A program made the translations under genes and the position numbers. 64,000 nt of DNA from Amoebidium appalachense. Lineage: Eukaryota > Protista > Ichthyosporea. The notes under the pieces were generated by a model. The model ran no database searches and was not told where the DNA came from. It saw only the letters and a list, made by a program, of their open reading frames with translations. This document shows positions 12,661-52,362 of this stretch, one piece after another (the first letter of the stretch is position 1; every line of letters begins with the position of its first letter). Location: the NCBI GenBank assembly GCA_963693365.1, contig CAVNZM010000003.1, positions 14,168,914 through 14,232,913 of the forward strand, written 5' to 3'.

Positions 12661-13005
12661 ATGGCTCAGAAGCGCGCCGCCCCAATCGTCCTCTCCGAAG
12701 ACGTTACCAACAAAATTCTGAAATCTGCCGACCAAAAGCAGGGCGTTGACAAAATACAGGAGCAACAAATCGAACCATCACAGTTGACAGTGCAGGAGGT
12801 ACACGTGTACTTGCCCCGGTGACCAATCACACGAATGTTTGCATTCCACAGACAACCAATCAAATCGAGAAAAGAACTACCAATCAAACATCAATGAATG
12901 CAGCACTGCAGGCAGGATTTTTTCCGGGGTGCCACCGTACATGGAAACATCAATATTTATGTAAATCAGCCTTTTGAAACCCAGCAGGATAATAAGAAAA
13001 ATTAA
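12661..13005 (+). pseudogene. Small two-exon ORF/remnant (12661-12798, 12852-~13005) between two hairpins
   Basis: CCAAT (~12512) and TATAAA (~12580) upstream; GAG|GTACAC donor and CACAG acceptor. The second exon reads ..FRGATVHGNINIYVN only if one T of a T6 run is removed. Confidence 0.35.
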
Positions 13006-13111
13006 ATATACAATACTTCACAAATAATATTTTTAGTGACTATGTAAACCAGACTGGTTCTGGATTATGCAAATAAATACAGTAGACTAAGCGAGTTCTC
13101 GCGTACAAACC

Positions 13112-13239
13112 GAGTCATATTTACCTCGGTCAGCTTGCCTCCATCAGAGTTCACAGGCCTCGTCGGGTGGGTTCATGACCGACGCACCGAACTCGGCCTG
13201 TGAACTCTGATTTCGGCAGCTGACCTCGGTATATGACTC
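13112..13239. repeat. 128-bp imperfect palindrome/hairpin
   Basis: GAGTCATAT..GGTCAGCTTGCC..ATCAGAGTTCACAGGCC pairs with GGCCTGTGAACTCTGAT..GGCAGCTGACC..ATATGACTC. Confidence 0.9.
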
Positions 13240-13789
13240 TTGATTACTCCAGCGCAGCTGGTATATATCATTATTCACGTTTTATTCTAGCCGCTCTAAT
13301 CCTCACTTCCTGATGTTTCACCTTACAGTACATGCTGATGATCTGGACCAGCCTGAATCTTTTGAACTTCTACACAATACACAAAATATACACCGACGAA
13401 ACTTATCGTGTGCTACAAACAAACTTGAGTACTGCTCGTATGGGTTGTCAGTCTGCAGGGTTTGCTGGCGGTGCCTGTGGGGAGTCCCAGGTTAGATAAG
13501 CATGTGGAAGCAAGGACTTTAATAACTGTTTGGTGTGTCCACCTTGTGGGCTTAATCACGCACAAGCACAACCACACACACACGTGGAATCAGCCATCTT
13601 GCAAACGCACGTGTGCACAACGTAACACAGAGAACGAAGCAAGGCAAGCCGCGAATACAGCGTTCAAAACAACGTTAACGTTCACACTGTCCTGCATGTA
13701 AAACAATAAACGCAACACATGCAGACAAAACACGTGTGTCATTGTCAGGGGCGCATGCATGCACCCACATGTGTATGCGCGTGTGTGTG

Positions 13790-13838
<49 letters not shown>

Positions 13839-13842
<4 letters not shown>

Positions 13843-14563
13843 GTTTTGTACGGGTCTAAGGGAGCAGAGTGCACAGAGGTGTCATGTAAAACACGACTAA
13901 CACATTAATGAGAGGGCAATCGGAGTTGTTCACGAGACATTGAAAGATTTCAAACAACAACTGAATCTTTATTGTGCTCTCGGTTCCTTTTGTACTTGCG
14001 ACTTATCACCTTATCACAACTAAAGAGGGAGAACCAATCGGTTCTATCAGAAGATAGAAAAACACATTCCGACAGAGCATACGCATTCCAACTTTCGATT
14101 AAACTAAAGTGTAGAAACTCTTACTTAAATAAATTGAGCAATTATACATCTAGTCACTATTAACTCACATATATATTTATGTTCGTCTCTATAAAGAAAC
14201 CTATTTAAATACATATATTTCCCAATAGTCGACACTCTCAAAGTGAAGACACTTTGCAATAAACAGAATTCCATATATATCTATTGTCCAATCACAACAC
14301 ACATATATTAACAGACAGGAATGCACAACACAATCTACAGATGTACTCGCTCGCGACTATTGGCGAGCCATCCTTTTGAGAACAAAACTAAGCCATTTTG
14401 AAATAAAGGAAAGACAACGAGTGAGGCTAGCCAATCACGCTACCTCTCAGATAAACAGAGGAGAGCAAACAGAAATAAAATACAATAAGTTCTTATCAGG
14501 CAAGAGAGCCAGGTGTGCACAGATCTACAGATATCTGTGCCCACAGAAACAAGGGAGAGAGAG

Positions 14564-14594
<31 letters not shown>

Positions 14595-14599
14595 AGAGG

Positions 14600-14665
<66 letters not shown>

Positions 14666-14975
14666 ACAAAGAGGGAAAGCAGACACGAATACAAACAAGC
14701 TAGGACACATACATACTTCAAGGCTCTTGCTGTCATACATGGTGACGTATTCCAACATCCCCACTCAAGGGGTTGAAGTTTGTGTTCTCGTGTCTGTTGA
14801 TGTGACGGTAGATGAGGTCCAAACACAGGAGGGGCCGTCACACTCAAGTTTCCCCACTCGAGGATGCAAACCGAAGATCCTTGAGGTGGGAAGGAGAGAA
14901 TCAAAACTGAAGAGGCACACAACGACGGTTGCCTCTGAAGACTCGAAATAAGAAATCATGGTGGTTATCGGCGAT
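13839..14975 (-). mobile_element. 3' end of a second copia-like element: 3' LTR (14757 to 13839), PPT and a short internal remnant
   Basis: The minus strand reads TTGAGTGGGGA|TGTTGGAATACGT, paralleling AAGTGGGGA|TGTTGTAATACGT of the full element. It ends CAACA at 13839, is 919 bp long and contains AATAAA. The upstream boundary (~14975) is approximate. Confidence 0.75.
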
Positions 14976-15193
14976 ATATATATATATGTATAGGAAACAC
15001 TAGTGTATGTGTGACGTGTTGGTGGCTAATAGGAGCCTAATTCCGATTCCTGGGGTATGTGTATCCGTGGCAGGCAAATTGACTATATATTTATGGGTTC
15101 TGGGGCCAAAAATGGGCGTGTAAATTTTGGCCAGCCCCTTTTTTTTTGGATATTTATATCCAAAGTATTTATTGCACTTGTCATTCATTTCAG

Positions 15194-33445
<18,252 letters not shown>

Positions 33446-33812
33446 ATTTGTATGTGCCACAAGTTTCACAAAAATTACCGTACTGAGTATTCAGCAGATC
33501 GAAATTCAATTATCATAGCACTATTATAAATGTAATGTGGTCAAGCGGCCTTTGATAAGTGTAATTATGGTTTATTGTCCTTCTACACTCAAGTCTCGTA
33601 GATTTGTGTCACTGCAAGAAAGTTGAGTGCTGCCATGCAGGCGTGGTAAGCAATACCGTAGCTACCGGCAATAGTAACGTATTTGCTGCAGGGTGTAGCA
33701 GCTACTGTAGTTTGAGAATGGTGTCGACATAAAGCTTAGCCTGCAATGCATGCAAGACATGTGCTCCAAACGGGACTGTGTTCCCTCGAACCCTCGCAGC
33801 TAATGATTGGGG

Positions 33813-33892
33813 TACGCGGCCCACTAGAACTCGGGGGATCTCGCAGCCTGCCTGACATTGGGGCTCGCGGCCCGCTAGAACTCGGGGGATCT
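33813..33892 (+). repeat. Two copies of CGCGGCCC.CTAGAACTCGGGGGATCT upstream of the transposase start (duplicated at ~41694-41773)
   Basis: Direct read. Confidence 0.7.
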
Positions 33893-35930
33893 GTCTAAAA
33901 AAATACAATAGACGGGGACTGCATATCATAACCAAGGCAATACCGGTACCGTTGGTGTATGTTCATGAAAATCTAAAACATACGCTAGCCGGAACCGATG
34001 TAAATTACTGAATCTAAGTCCGGGTTGCCTTTGCACAATTTTGCATCTCTTATGCACAATGTATCACTCTTCTGCCACCCCTTTCATCCAAATTCGTGTT
34101 TTGGTGAAAACGTGAGGCCCATCTGGTAGTCTGGGTGCTGGGCCCAGTGACCGTTTATGATGATGCTCCTTCCTCCAATCGGCGTTCTGTGGCTTTTGAT
34201 TGGTAGGTTAAACTAACACCATCTAGTACAACGTGGTTGGAACCCCTGGCTTGTAAGTGTTGTCCTTCGCCATAACTGCATCAGAACATATAATTAACAA
34301 ACAAATATACTCGATATACCATTTATGTGAAATTAAGAAAACAATGTAGATGCTTTCTGTCGCTTCATTGAAAGGCGACACAATATTAGCCAGAACATTT
34401 TGGTTTTCAACAAAACATTTTTGCTTCACGTGGACGAATATTCCCACATCGGATATCGAGTTTGAGCTCGACGATTACTGGTCTAGCAAGTGGAACACTA
34501 TTGGATTCGCTCACGCCATAAAACTCTGCCTCATGACCAGAATGTTTCATTCGCCACGAGAGTGGCTATCATGCCGAAGCGTCAGACAATGCAATCCGGC
34601 TCCCCGATTTGTTTATATTACGCCAGAAAATTTTGGAACAAATCATAATGATTGGGCCAATCCTCAGCGTGGCAGCCCCGCGGCCGGCCACCCATCATCT
34701 CAAAACCTTTGTTATTTACCATTCAGGCCAGTAGTAATCAATAATCCGAAAAAAACTCATGAATAATGATATAAAATACAATTTGCTGGTTTTTCTCTTA
34801 GAAAGTCTCTGCTATCTTTAGTCAAGTAGTGGTGAATCTAGTTGCTGCATGACAAAGAATATAAATGGTTGCATAAACTCTTTGTCTTATGTAATCGTGC
34901 GCCAATGGCTTGGCCAGCACAGGAATGCTTTTTTTACAGGCTTGTTTTTTATTGCAGTACTGACGCTCACTAGATAGAGCTGTATTTATATTTTAAGAAT
35001 GGTTAATGCAGCGGCATGCGCTTATGAAGAAATTCACTCACTACACTAATAATAACGGTGTAGCGGCAATGTGAACCCGGCCGTGTACACGGCAAACAAT
35101 GATTGGCTTCCAACACCAAGATCCCTCACTACCTCATCCCAACTCTGGTGCCCCGCGGTAACATGCAAATTCTAAGCGCGCTCATGAAAATGATCCCTTA
35201 CTATAGCAAGCATGCCGTGCCGTTTTCATGTAAATGAGGTAGTAAGTTGGCTATAAGCTAAAATATACCGCTAGCTCAAAATGAAGCGAGGACGTGGTTG
35301 TGTAAACAGAAACCAGGCACGCATGAAAAAACACATTGTGATCATGAGTTTCAAAGAACTGTGCAATAATGGGGTGGCAAAAGGCACCCCCCGACGCCCC
35401 GCTAGTAGGGCCATAACGGGAATCCGGTTCAATCAGATTAGCCATATAAGGATATTTAAAAAAACCGTTTTTACGAGTCCAAAAGGGAGCCCTACGTATA
35501 CTGAGTCACAGCGGCCGAGGCTCGAGTGCCGGGAAGCCGCAGAAAAAAAAAAAGTAAACAAAGCTACCACGGTCTAGCCTAAGGCACAAATATCAAAATA
35601 GTTCCCAACTTGAAATATGTGTCATAATCGTTTTGTGACAGCTTTATGAAAGAGAGCCCATCTGTTGTGCTTCCGATGCTCACTGTATCCACATTACTGC
35701 CACACCAGATCATGGATTTATAAGCCAATGTGGGCAGACTGCTTACAGATGATTGGTCCTCGTCGGTGATATAAATACCGCCGCAAGATGGATTGCACCT
35801 CACTTTCGCCGGTGTTGCCACAGGGTGTCGTTCCAGTTAGAAGACACACTAAGTCTTTTGCTGCAATCACTGTCGACGTTGGGGGGGGGGGGGGGGGCAT
35901 GTGGGGTGGGGAAAGCCCGGCAGGCAGGTC

Positions 35931-36003
<73 letters not shown>

Positions 36004-36042
36004 TTACATGTGCATATGAACACACACACATGGTTGCAGGGA

Positions 36043-36098
<56 letters not shown>

Positions 36099-36234
36099 CC
36101 GTGTCAGGCACACACATGCACAATGTTACCGGCTCACACACACACACACACCACTTGCATACAGGGGCGGGGGGCGGGGGGGGGGGGGGGGGGGGGGGGG
36201 GCATGTGGGTTGGGGAAAGCCCGGCAGGCAGGTT

Positions 36235-36290
<56 letters not shown>

Positions 36291-36352
36291 ACTTGCAAAC
36301 GGGGGGGGGGGGGGGGGTATATGGGATGAAGGAAAGTTCGACCGGAAGATAA

Positions 36353-36407
<55 letters not shown>

Positions 36408-36564
36408 TGTTTACAATGCATACACAGACACACACACCGATGCAGGGACACACACACATACACACACACACACTCTTTCTCTCTCACACTCACACACACA
36501 CACGAGGGGCACAAATGCACAACGTTGCAGCACACACACACGCACACAGACACCGTTGCATACG

Positions 36565-36601
<37 letters not shown>

Positions 36602-36609
36602 GGGGGGAC

Positions 36610-37062
36610 CTGGTCCGGCACGTTTTCCTGCCCTCTTTCGGTGAAATCGGGGTCCAGCTCGGCCCACCTTGCCTCAAATCGTTCTCGGTTATTGTTATCT
36701 CATGCCTTAAGGTCCTGTAAGTGCCATTGCAGTAAGCATACACGTATGTGGCTTGTGTTGATATCTTAGATATGTACGTGAGCTGGGGCAGGTTCCCCTA
36801 TTAAGTAGTTAGGTTGGTTAGTGGTGTATTAGTATTCTAATGGCTACTGCATTCTAATTATAGTACACTCGGTGCCCGGGGGTTGAAACGGGATAAAATA
36901 AAAATAAAAACTTGATGCTGGTGAGATATACGGTGTATACACGGATTCTACCTAGTGCGCTGTGCATACTTCGAACGGTTGAATAAACATCCAGTTGGAA
37001 GAAAAACTGCACACCATCAAACACACAGCATTCAGATAAATCCCTTAGGAAGCCCTATAACT

Positions 37063-37098
<36 letters not shown>

Positions 37099-37974
37099 AC
37101 CCACCCACCCACACACCCCCTCTCCCAGGGGGTTCAAGGTGACCAGGTTGTGAGCGCGGAATATGTGAGCACAGTACGCTTTTGTAATTTTGTAGGTTAG
37201 GGGTTTTTTGGTCATATACACCCCCCCCCCCCCTGCCCTATCCTAAGTGTTTTGAGCATGGCCAACCCCCCCCCCCCCCCGTGCATGTGTGTGCAGTAGA
37301 TTTGCACTGCCCCACACTTCTCGACCACCCTAGCGTAGCTACAGAATGCACGGCATGAGTTTAGCACATTTTTCGCTCGTTCCCCCTAAACTAGCTCTTT
37401 CCTGTCAGCGCACACACACCCTCTACTACCCACGGGCCACTATGCCCAAATCAGACTTCCACCCTCCCTCCCAATACATAACCCATAGCCAGGGGGTTCA
37501 AGATGGCCTTGTGGTGAGGGTCGAAGTGTGCAGAATACACGATTAACTTCGGGGTTCAGGGGGGCTGCATTTACAAACCCCTCCTTGCAACCCCCCCCCT
37601 CCCCCCCCCCCCCCCCCCTCCCCCCCAGCATATCCTATAATACACGCACACACACACACAAACACGTACATATACACACAAGGTGGCCGGTATGTGATGG
37701 TCGAATTGTGCCAAATACGCGATTAACTTTCTGGTTCAGGGACGGGTGCATTTGCAAACCCCCCGTAGCAACCCCCCCCCCACCCCCCCCCCCCCCCCCC
37801 CCCCCCCCCCACCCCCCCCCCCTTCCCCCACGGGCATATCCGCTACACACAAAGACATACACACACACACACACACAACTACACACCCACAGCCTCTCCC
37901 ACACTGACTGAACACATACACACACGCACACACACACACGAATCACACACACACACATACACATTGGGGGGAGA

Positions 37975-38005
<31 letters not shown>

Positions 38006-38769
38006 ACAGCACCTTGACCATCTCCTGCCAGATCTCCTCTCTGTTGTAGCAGGCCGGCAAGCGAATGGTGGATGAGTCGGGCATGAACTGGCCAGTGGTG
38101 TCGATGTACTCGTCGAACCAGGCAATCATTCTCACGGTTGCCGGAGAAACGTCACCCTCTCCGGTATTGCCATGCACGTATTTACGCTCCCCTCGAAGGA
38201 ACTCCCGCTTTCTAAGCAAGAAGGTGGTTTCGCACATGCCCGGGATCTTGATGAATGCAGCCTGGCAAACCTGATGAGATGGGGAGTGTGATTAGAGATT
38301 ATGTACATCATAGTATGTGCTTAGTATCATAACAGTGAAAAAACGACCCCATAACTAGTAGGCCACCCCTGCACGGAAAATGAAGGGGGGGCATTCACAC
38401 TCGATTCTTTCCTCCCCCCACATTTCGTAAGTGTGCACACAAAAAGCGCTGCGCCGAAAAAAGCCCTAGGTGCATTTTGAGGGAAATATCACCGAGATGA
38501 CACCAACAACCCCCCCCCCCCCCCCCCCCCCCCGCGAATTGTACTTCCATTTCTGGGCAGGGTAATCAGATAGTGGAAACGTGGGATTTTGCACATTTTT
38601 TCCCCACACCCCCGCCGGTACTTTTTGCAAAAAGAATTTCTGCCAAATGCTTGTTTTTTTAAAAGTGGTTGCAAAAGAAGAAAGTCACGTAGCTTCCTGC
38701 GCTTACATGCGGAAAAATCTCAATTTTCGTTACGGTTGCGACCGACCCCCCCCCCCCCCCCCCTCCCCC

Positions 38770-38803
<34 letters not shown>

Positions 38804-39161
38804 ATGGAGAATGCCGGGGCAGCATTTTCTGGTTGCTGGTTCGATCCTCACAGACCCCCCAGTGTGCAAACACAAAAAACTGCAAGCAAAAGCATCATTT
38901 CCGAGGGATTTGGCACCCATTTTGCCATTTACTTGGTAGGGCTCCTAACCATCTGGGAACTCCATTTACGAGCATGGTTTAGTGAATTTTTAGGTACCAT
39001 AGCATGCACACACACACACACACACGCACAAAGACGTGTACATGCACAAGAACCCAGACCGTTCCCTCCCATATCGCTACTCGTCTGGCACCACCGTTCC
39101 TCTCCAACACACACCCACACACACAAACACAGACGCACACAGTCACACACACACACACACC

Positions 39162-39198
<37 letters not shown>

Positions 39199-39307
39199 AC
39201 ACACACTGTACACTCCCCCACACACCACACATACACACTGTCCAATACCCCCCCCCCCCCCCCCCAACCTTGAGACGATTGTGCTCATGCACATACCGGT
39301 ACACACA

Positions 39308-39342
<35 letters not shown>

Positions 39343-40321
39343 TACATGCACACACATGCACACATGCACACATGTGCACATGCACACACATGCACACATG
39401 CACACATGTGCACATGCACACACACGTTGCACGTGCACATGCACACACACACACACACACATGTGCACAAGCACACACCCACATGCACACATGGGCATCA
39501 GGGCATGCACACACAGGCGCATGCTTATGCCTGTGTTCATGCGTGTGCACATGAACACGAACCCAGAGTTCAAGGACCGTTCCCCCTCATGGACATGCCT
39601 CCCCCCCCCCCCCCCCCTCCTCCCCTCTTCCCCCCTTCTCCCCGCCCATCTGGGACTGCCTATGAGGGACAGCGGATGATGCTGGAAGGTGGCAAAACGT
39701 AGGGGGACTTACTGTTGTGTTTTCCAATATCCAGGTGAGACCGAACTTGTCAGCAGACAAAGAACTTCCATCGGTAACCCTGCGGCCACACACTGTGACA
39801 TTAGTTTCTCTGAACTCTGATTCCTCCCCAAATCATCCCTAGCCACACAGACACACAAATGTTCACCGTTTCTTTCCTCGAAAAGGGCCCCATAAAAATA
39901 GGGACAAAAAAAACGACAACTCAATAAAAACATGTTTTCAAGACAAATTTTATTGTCCCACCCCCTTATCCCCCCCCCCCCCCCCCCCCCCCCCCCCACA
40001 CACACACACAACTCCACACCTGAGCACCCGCCCCCTCCCCCCCCCTCCCCCCTCCCCCCCCCCCCCTCCCCTTGTCCCCTCTCTCCCGAACTCCCGAACT
40101 CTCGAACCATGTCCTCCTCTCTCTCTCCCGGGCGCCCGAACCATTTCCTCCTGCCAGCTCCTGCCCCCCCCCCCCCCCCCCCCCGCAAATCAATGAAGTA
40201 TTCTACGAGGCAAAAACCATTGTTTTCCTAGAGATAATGGAGCAGCCCCGTGAAGATTTGGGGGTAAGGGAGGGGGGGGGAGGGGAGGTATTTGGTCACA
40301 TAATTTTGGGGGAGGGGGGGT

Positions 40322-40362
<41 letters not shown>

Positions 40363-41326
40363 GAGGGGGGTTGCTGGCTTGATGGACCCCTGGGAAATTT
40401 TAAAGTGTACCGGAACTCAATGGGGGCTAATCTGTCTCCTTTGGGTGGTGCCACGTGGAGGGGAGGGCGAGGGAGGGTGCCACGTGGAGGGGAGGGCGAG
40501 GGGGGGGGGGGGGGGGGGGAGAGCGTGGGGGGGGGGGGGAGGGGGGAGGGGGGGGGGGGATTACAAGTGCTGCGCCATGTAATCCAGCAGGGCCTGGTTG
40601 CGAATGGCAGGACCCATGGACAGCCACCGGGTCCTTATGTCCACCACTTGTTGTCTCGTAAACCGTTTATAGCAGTTATCTTCGCATCTGCATGGAAACT
40701 GGTCAGTGGGTTAAGCAGTAAACGACACAGTGTCTGGAAACGGAAAGTACCCAAAACTTCACCAAAAAAACGGAACCTGAAATGCAGCGCTGCAGTAACT
40801 AAAGCAACCACCAAAAGACAATAGGCACACACCTGCATTTTGCTGCTAAAACCTTATCAATTGCAGTCTTCTCCAACTTCTCATGGCCGTTTGGTGGCTG
40901 CACAGGCCCGATAGGCGCAGGCGGGAACGGGCCAATGGTTATTTTGTCCCTTTCTCGCCGCTCAGCACGGTTGCGCTGTAACTTGTCACCGATTGCTTGC
41001 CGCGACCTTGCCACCCCATGCTTTTCCTGGTTCTGTAACCGCGTAAGCTCGTCCATCACATTCCTCTCCTCAGCCTCCAGCGTTTCAGACCGCCAGTCTG
41101 AATCGGTCTCTTCAACATCATAATCGGCAGATGATGGTGGTGCCACATTGCAAGTGGTACCCGCTTCAACTCGCACGCGTTTGGGTGGAAGATTGTTCCC
41201 GGCCTCCGTGGGATTGCACCGCTTGGTAGACCCAGACTGGGTATCTCGACGGGACTCAACGTGGTTGCTTTGTAACTCGGCAAGAACACGTCGTATTGGG
41301 CGTATGCGCCCACCTGTGGGCGGCAT
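36610..41326 (-). pseudogene. Duplicated 5' exons 1-5 of the Sola-like transposase
   Basis: Same exons as copy A, but exon 5 reads AAG GCA TGA (stop) where copy A has AAG GCA GAA. Confidence 0.75.
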
Positions 41327-43797
41327 ATTTGTATGTGCCACAAGTTTCACAAAAATTACCGTACTGAGTATTCAGCAGATCGAAATTCAATTATCATAGC
41401 ACTATTATAAATGTAATGTGGTCAAGCGGCCTTTGATAAGTGTAATTATGGTTTATTGTCCTTCTACACTCAAGTCTCGTAGATTTGTGTCACTGCAAGA
41501 AAGTTGAGTGCTGCCATGCAGGCGTGGTAAGCAATACCGTAGCTACCGGCAATAGTAACGTATTTGCTGCAGGGTGTAGCAGCTACTGTAGTTTGAGAAT
41601 GGTGTCGACATAAAGCTTAGCCTGCAATGCATGCAAGACATGTGCTCCAAACGGGACTGTGTTCCCTCGAACCCTCGCAGCTAATGATTGGGGTACGCGG
41701 CCCACTAGAACTCGGGGGATCTCGCAGCCTGCCTGACATTGGGGCTCGCGGCCCGCTAGAACTCGGGGGATCTGTCTAAAAAAATACAATAGACGGGGAC
41801 TGCATATCATAACCAAGGCAATACCGGTACCGTTGGTGTATGTTCATGAAAATCTAAAACATACGCTAGCCGGAACCGATGTAAATTACTGAATCTAAGT
41901 CCGGGTTGCCTTTGCACAATTTTGCATCTCTTATGCACAATGTATCACTCTTCTGCCACCCCTTTCATCCAAATTCGTGTTTTGGTGAAAACGTGAGGCC
42001 CATCTGGTAGTCTGGGTGCTGGGCCCAGTGACCGTTTATGATGATGCTCCTTCCTCCAATCGGCGTTCTGTGGCTTTTGATTGGTAGGTTAAACTAACAC
42101 CATCTAGTACAACGTGGTTGGAACCCCTGGCTTGTAAGTGTTGTCCTTCGCCATAACTGCATCAGAACATATAATTAACAAACAAATATACTCGATATAC
42201 CATTTATGTGAAATTAAGAAAACAATGTAGATGCTTTCTGTCGCTTCATTGAAAGGCGACACAATATTAGCCAGAACATTTTGGTTTTCAACAAAACATT
42301 TTTGCTTCACGTGGACGAATATTCCCACATCGGATATCGAGTTTGAGCTCGACGATTACTGGTCTAGCAAGTGGAACACTATTGGATTCGCTCACGCCAT
42401 AAAACTCTGCCTCATGACCAGAATGTTTCATTCGCCACGAGAGTGGCTATCATGCCGAAGCGTCAGACAATGCAATCCGGCTCCCCGATTTGTTTATATT
42501 ACGCCAGAAAATTTTGGAACAAATCATAATGATTGGGCCAATCCTCAGCGTGGCAGCCCCGCGGCCGGCCACCCATCATCTCAAAACCTTTGTTATTTAC
42601 CATTCAGGCCAGTAGTAATCAATAATCCGAAAAAAACTCATGAATAATGATATAAAATACAATTTGCTGGTTTTTCTCTTAGAAAGTCTCTGCTATCTTT
42701 AGTCAAGTAGTGGTGAATCTAGTTGCTGCATGACAAAGAATATAAATGGTTGCATAAACTCTTTGTCTTATGTAATCGTGCGCCAATGGCTTGGCCAGCA
42801 CAGGAATGCTTTTTTTACAGGCTTGTTTTTTATTGCAGTACTGACGCTCACTAGATAGAGCTGTATTTATATTTTAAGAATGGTTAATGCAGCGGCATGC
42901 GCTTATGAAGAAATTCACTCACTACACTAATAATAACGGTGTAGCGGCAATGTGAACCCGGCCGTGTACACGGCAAACAATGATTGGCTTCCAACACCAA
43001 GATCCCTCACTACCTCATCCCAACTCTGGTGCCCCGCGGTAACATGCAAATTCTAAGCGCGCTCATGAAAATGATCCCTTACTATAGCAAGCATGCCGTG
43101 CCGTTTTCATGTAAATGAGGTAGTAAGTTGGCTATAAGCTAAAATATACCGCTAGCTCAAAATGAAGCGAGGACGTGGTTGTGTAAACAGAAACCAGGCA
43201 CGCATGAAAAAACACATTGTGATCATGAGTTTCAAAGAACTGTGCAATAATGGGGTGGCAAAAGGCACCCCCCGACGCCCCGCTAGTAGGGCCATAACGG
43301 GAATCCGGTTCAATCAGATTAGCCATATAAGGATATTTAAAAAAACCGTTTTTACGAGTCCAAAAGGGAGCCCTACGTATACTGAGTCACAGCGGCCGAG
43401 GCTCGAGTGCCGGGAAGCCGCAGAAAAAAAAAAGTAAACAAAGCTACCACGGTCTAGCCTAAGGCACAAATATCAAAATAGTTCCCAACTTGAAATATGT
43501 GTCATAATCGTTTTGTGACAGCTTTATGAAAGAGAGCCCATCTGTTGTGCTTCCGATGCTCACTGTATCCACATTACTGCCACACCAGATCATGGATTTA
43601 TAAGCCAATGTGGGCAGACTGCTTACAGATGATTGGTCCTCGTCGGTGATATAAATACCGCCGCAAGATGGATTGCACCTCACTTTCGCCGGTGTTGCCA
43701 CAGGGTGTCGTTCCAGTTAGAAGACACACTAAGTCTTTTGCTGCAATCACTGTCGACGTTGGTTGTCTATGTGATTGTCAACTACACGATTTTTACG

Positions 43798-50735
<6,938 letters not shown>

Positions 50736-51426
50736 GCCAGACCATACACGAATGTCAAATTCGTGTATATAAATGTATTACGAGTATGGTCGAAAAATAC
50801 TGCCTGAATATGTTGTTAGTGTCCAAAAACGTATTCATTTGCACTAAACATGCTGTTCTACGAACGCCTTTATGGCATCCGTTTGTGTTCAAATAAGGTA
50901 TTTTATGGTACCCTTAGGCATTCGTGAGATGCTATTTGAGTACATATGTGTGCACCGAATAACGTTCGCAGTTACTATTCATGAACACATATGTCGTACT
51001 CAGATCGTGTTTGTGGAGTATTTTCGAAACATTCACATAGTGTATTCGTGGACGTTCCAGTGTCACTGAACGGGTATTTATAAAGCACTCCACATGTACC
51101 CCATATACACAAATATGTAATCCAACTGAATGTCTGGTCATGTACGCGTATGTACGTGTATACTCAGAACACGGTGTCCAAGTGGTATGAATACGGTATC
51201 TATAGTGCATTCATACGTTATCTAGTGTGCATTCACAAGGTACTTGGGCATGTATTCATGTAGTATTCGGCTAGGTACACACATATACCATGTGGTGTCA
51301 GGTGGCATTCGAATAGGTATCCATATACGATTCACTGAATGTACGAATTTTTGAACATTTTTGGACATTCAAGTGTTCAAAATGTGTACGAGGATACAAT
51401 TTAACGGGGGGGTGGGGTTTGCTGAT

Positions 51427-52362
51427 GCCCTCACCGCCATCAGCACCCAGATGGCTGGCGTCCTGGCTGCTCTCACCAACCGCGACCCTCCCGCGCCCCC
51501 CGCCGCGCCCTCCACACCCGGGGAGGTTTCCCCGGGGCTGCATCTCGGCCCTGACCTAGACCTACCTGCCCTGCCCGCGCCCCCCATCACAGGTGAGAAC
51601 ACTGGCGACATTCAGCCGGGCACACTCCCGCTTCCCCCCGCGGATGTGCTGGCAGATTTGCGCGCCAATCGTTTCGTCGACCTGTATAAGTTCACCCCCG
51701 CCGCCCTCCTGGCCCCATCCAAGAAAGGTCAGCATCTGCGCATGGCCGACGACGGCAGCATCGAGACTTTTCGCCAAGACAAACCCGTTCCCCTGCGTTC
51801 ACTCGTCATTTGGATCCAAGCTTGGACCCATTACATGGCCGCCAAGCACCACCTCGGCCTCCCCACGGACAAAGACGTACTTTGGACTCAGCACATCACT
51901 CGCCTCAGCACCCGATACCCGTGGGCCCAGATCCACAACTATGACGTATACGCCCGCACCGTTGCCCACCAGCAGGGTCGGGCTCCGATCGAGTGTCCCA
52001 ACCTGCTCGCCCAACTCCACCAGGATCTCCTCCTGCCACCCACTCTGCTCATCCCGGACGCATGTCAGCGCTGTGGCTTCCCCGACCACCCCAGCGCGGC
52101 CTGCCCCATGTACCCCAAGCCCGGCTGTGGTCTTGACGGCTTTAAGCCGCCCCACAAGCCCGGCGGGGGTCAAACCCCTAACCGCCCTGGCCCGCAACCC
52201 GGCCCGGCAAAACCGGCCCGACCCGTGGATCTACCCGCGACGCACTGCAGGAATTTCCACATTAACGGTCGGTCCTGCGCTAAGCAGCCCTGCCCCTTCT
52301 CCCACGTGTGCCCGCTCTGCTCTGGCACACACCCCCGCAAAGACTGCAAGCACAATGCCTAG
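51427..52362 (+). CDS. Ngaro gag-like ORF1, lacking its N-terminus
   Basis: Near-identical to the copy 1 gag; CCHC/CCCH fingers present. Confidence 0.85.
   Translation, partial: ALTAISTQMAGVLAALTNRDPPAPPAAPSTPGEVSPGLHLGPDLDLPALPAPPITGENTGDIQPGTLPLPPADVLADLRANRFVDLYKFTPAALLAPSKKGQHLRMADDGSIETFRQDKPVPLRSLVIWIQAWTHYMAAKHHLGLPTDKDVLWTQHITRLSTRYPWAQIHNYDVYARTVAHQQGRAPIECPNLLAQLHQDLLLPPTLLIPDACQRCGFPDHPSAACPMYPKPGCGLDGFKPPHKPGGGQTPNRPGPQPGPAKPARPVDLPATHCRNFHINGRSCAKQPCPFSHVCPLCSGTHPRKDCKHNA

Noticed and set aside
13330-13490. Exon-like segment reading YGLSVCRVCWRCLWGV, reminiscent of the transposase VC..AF..GI motif
   Set aside because: Two frames are open and no linked exons were found; too short to call.
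34350-34766. 138-aa ORF (duplicated at 42231-42647)
   Set aside because: No motif and no coding-like codon bias; it sits in the intergenic promoter region.
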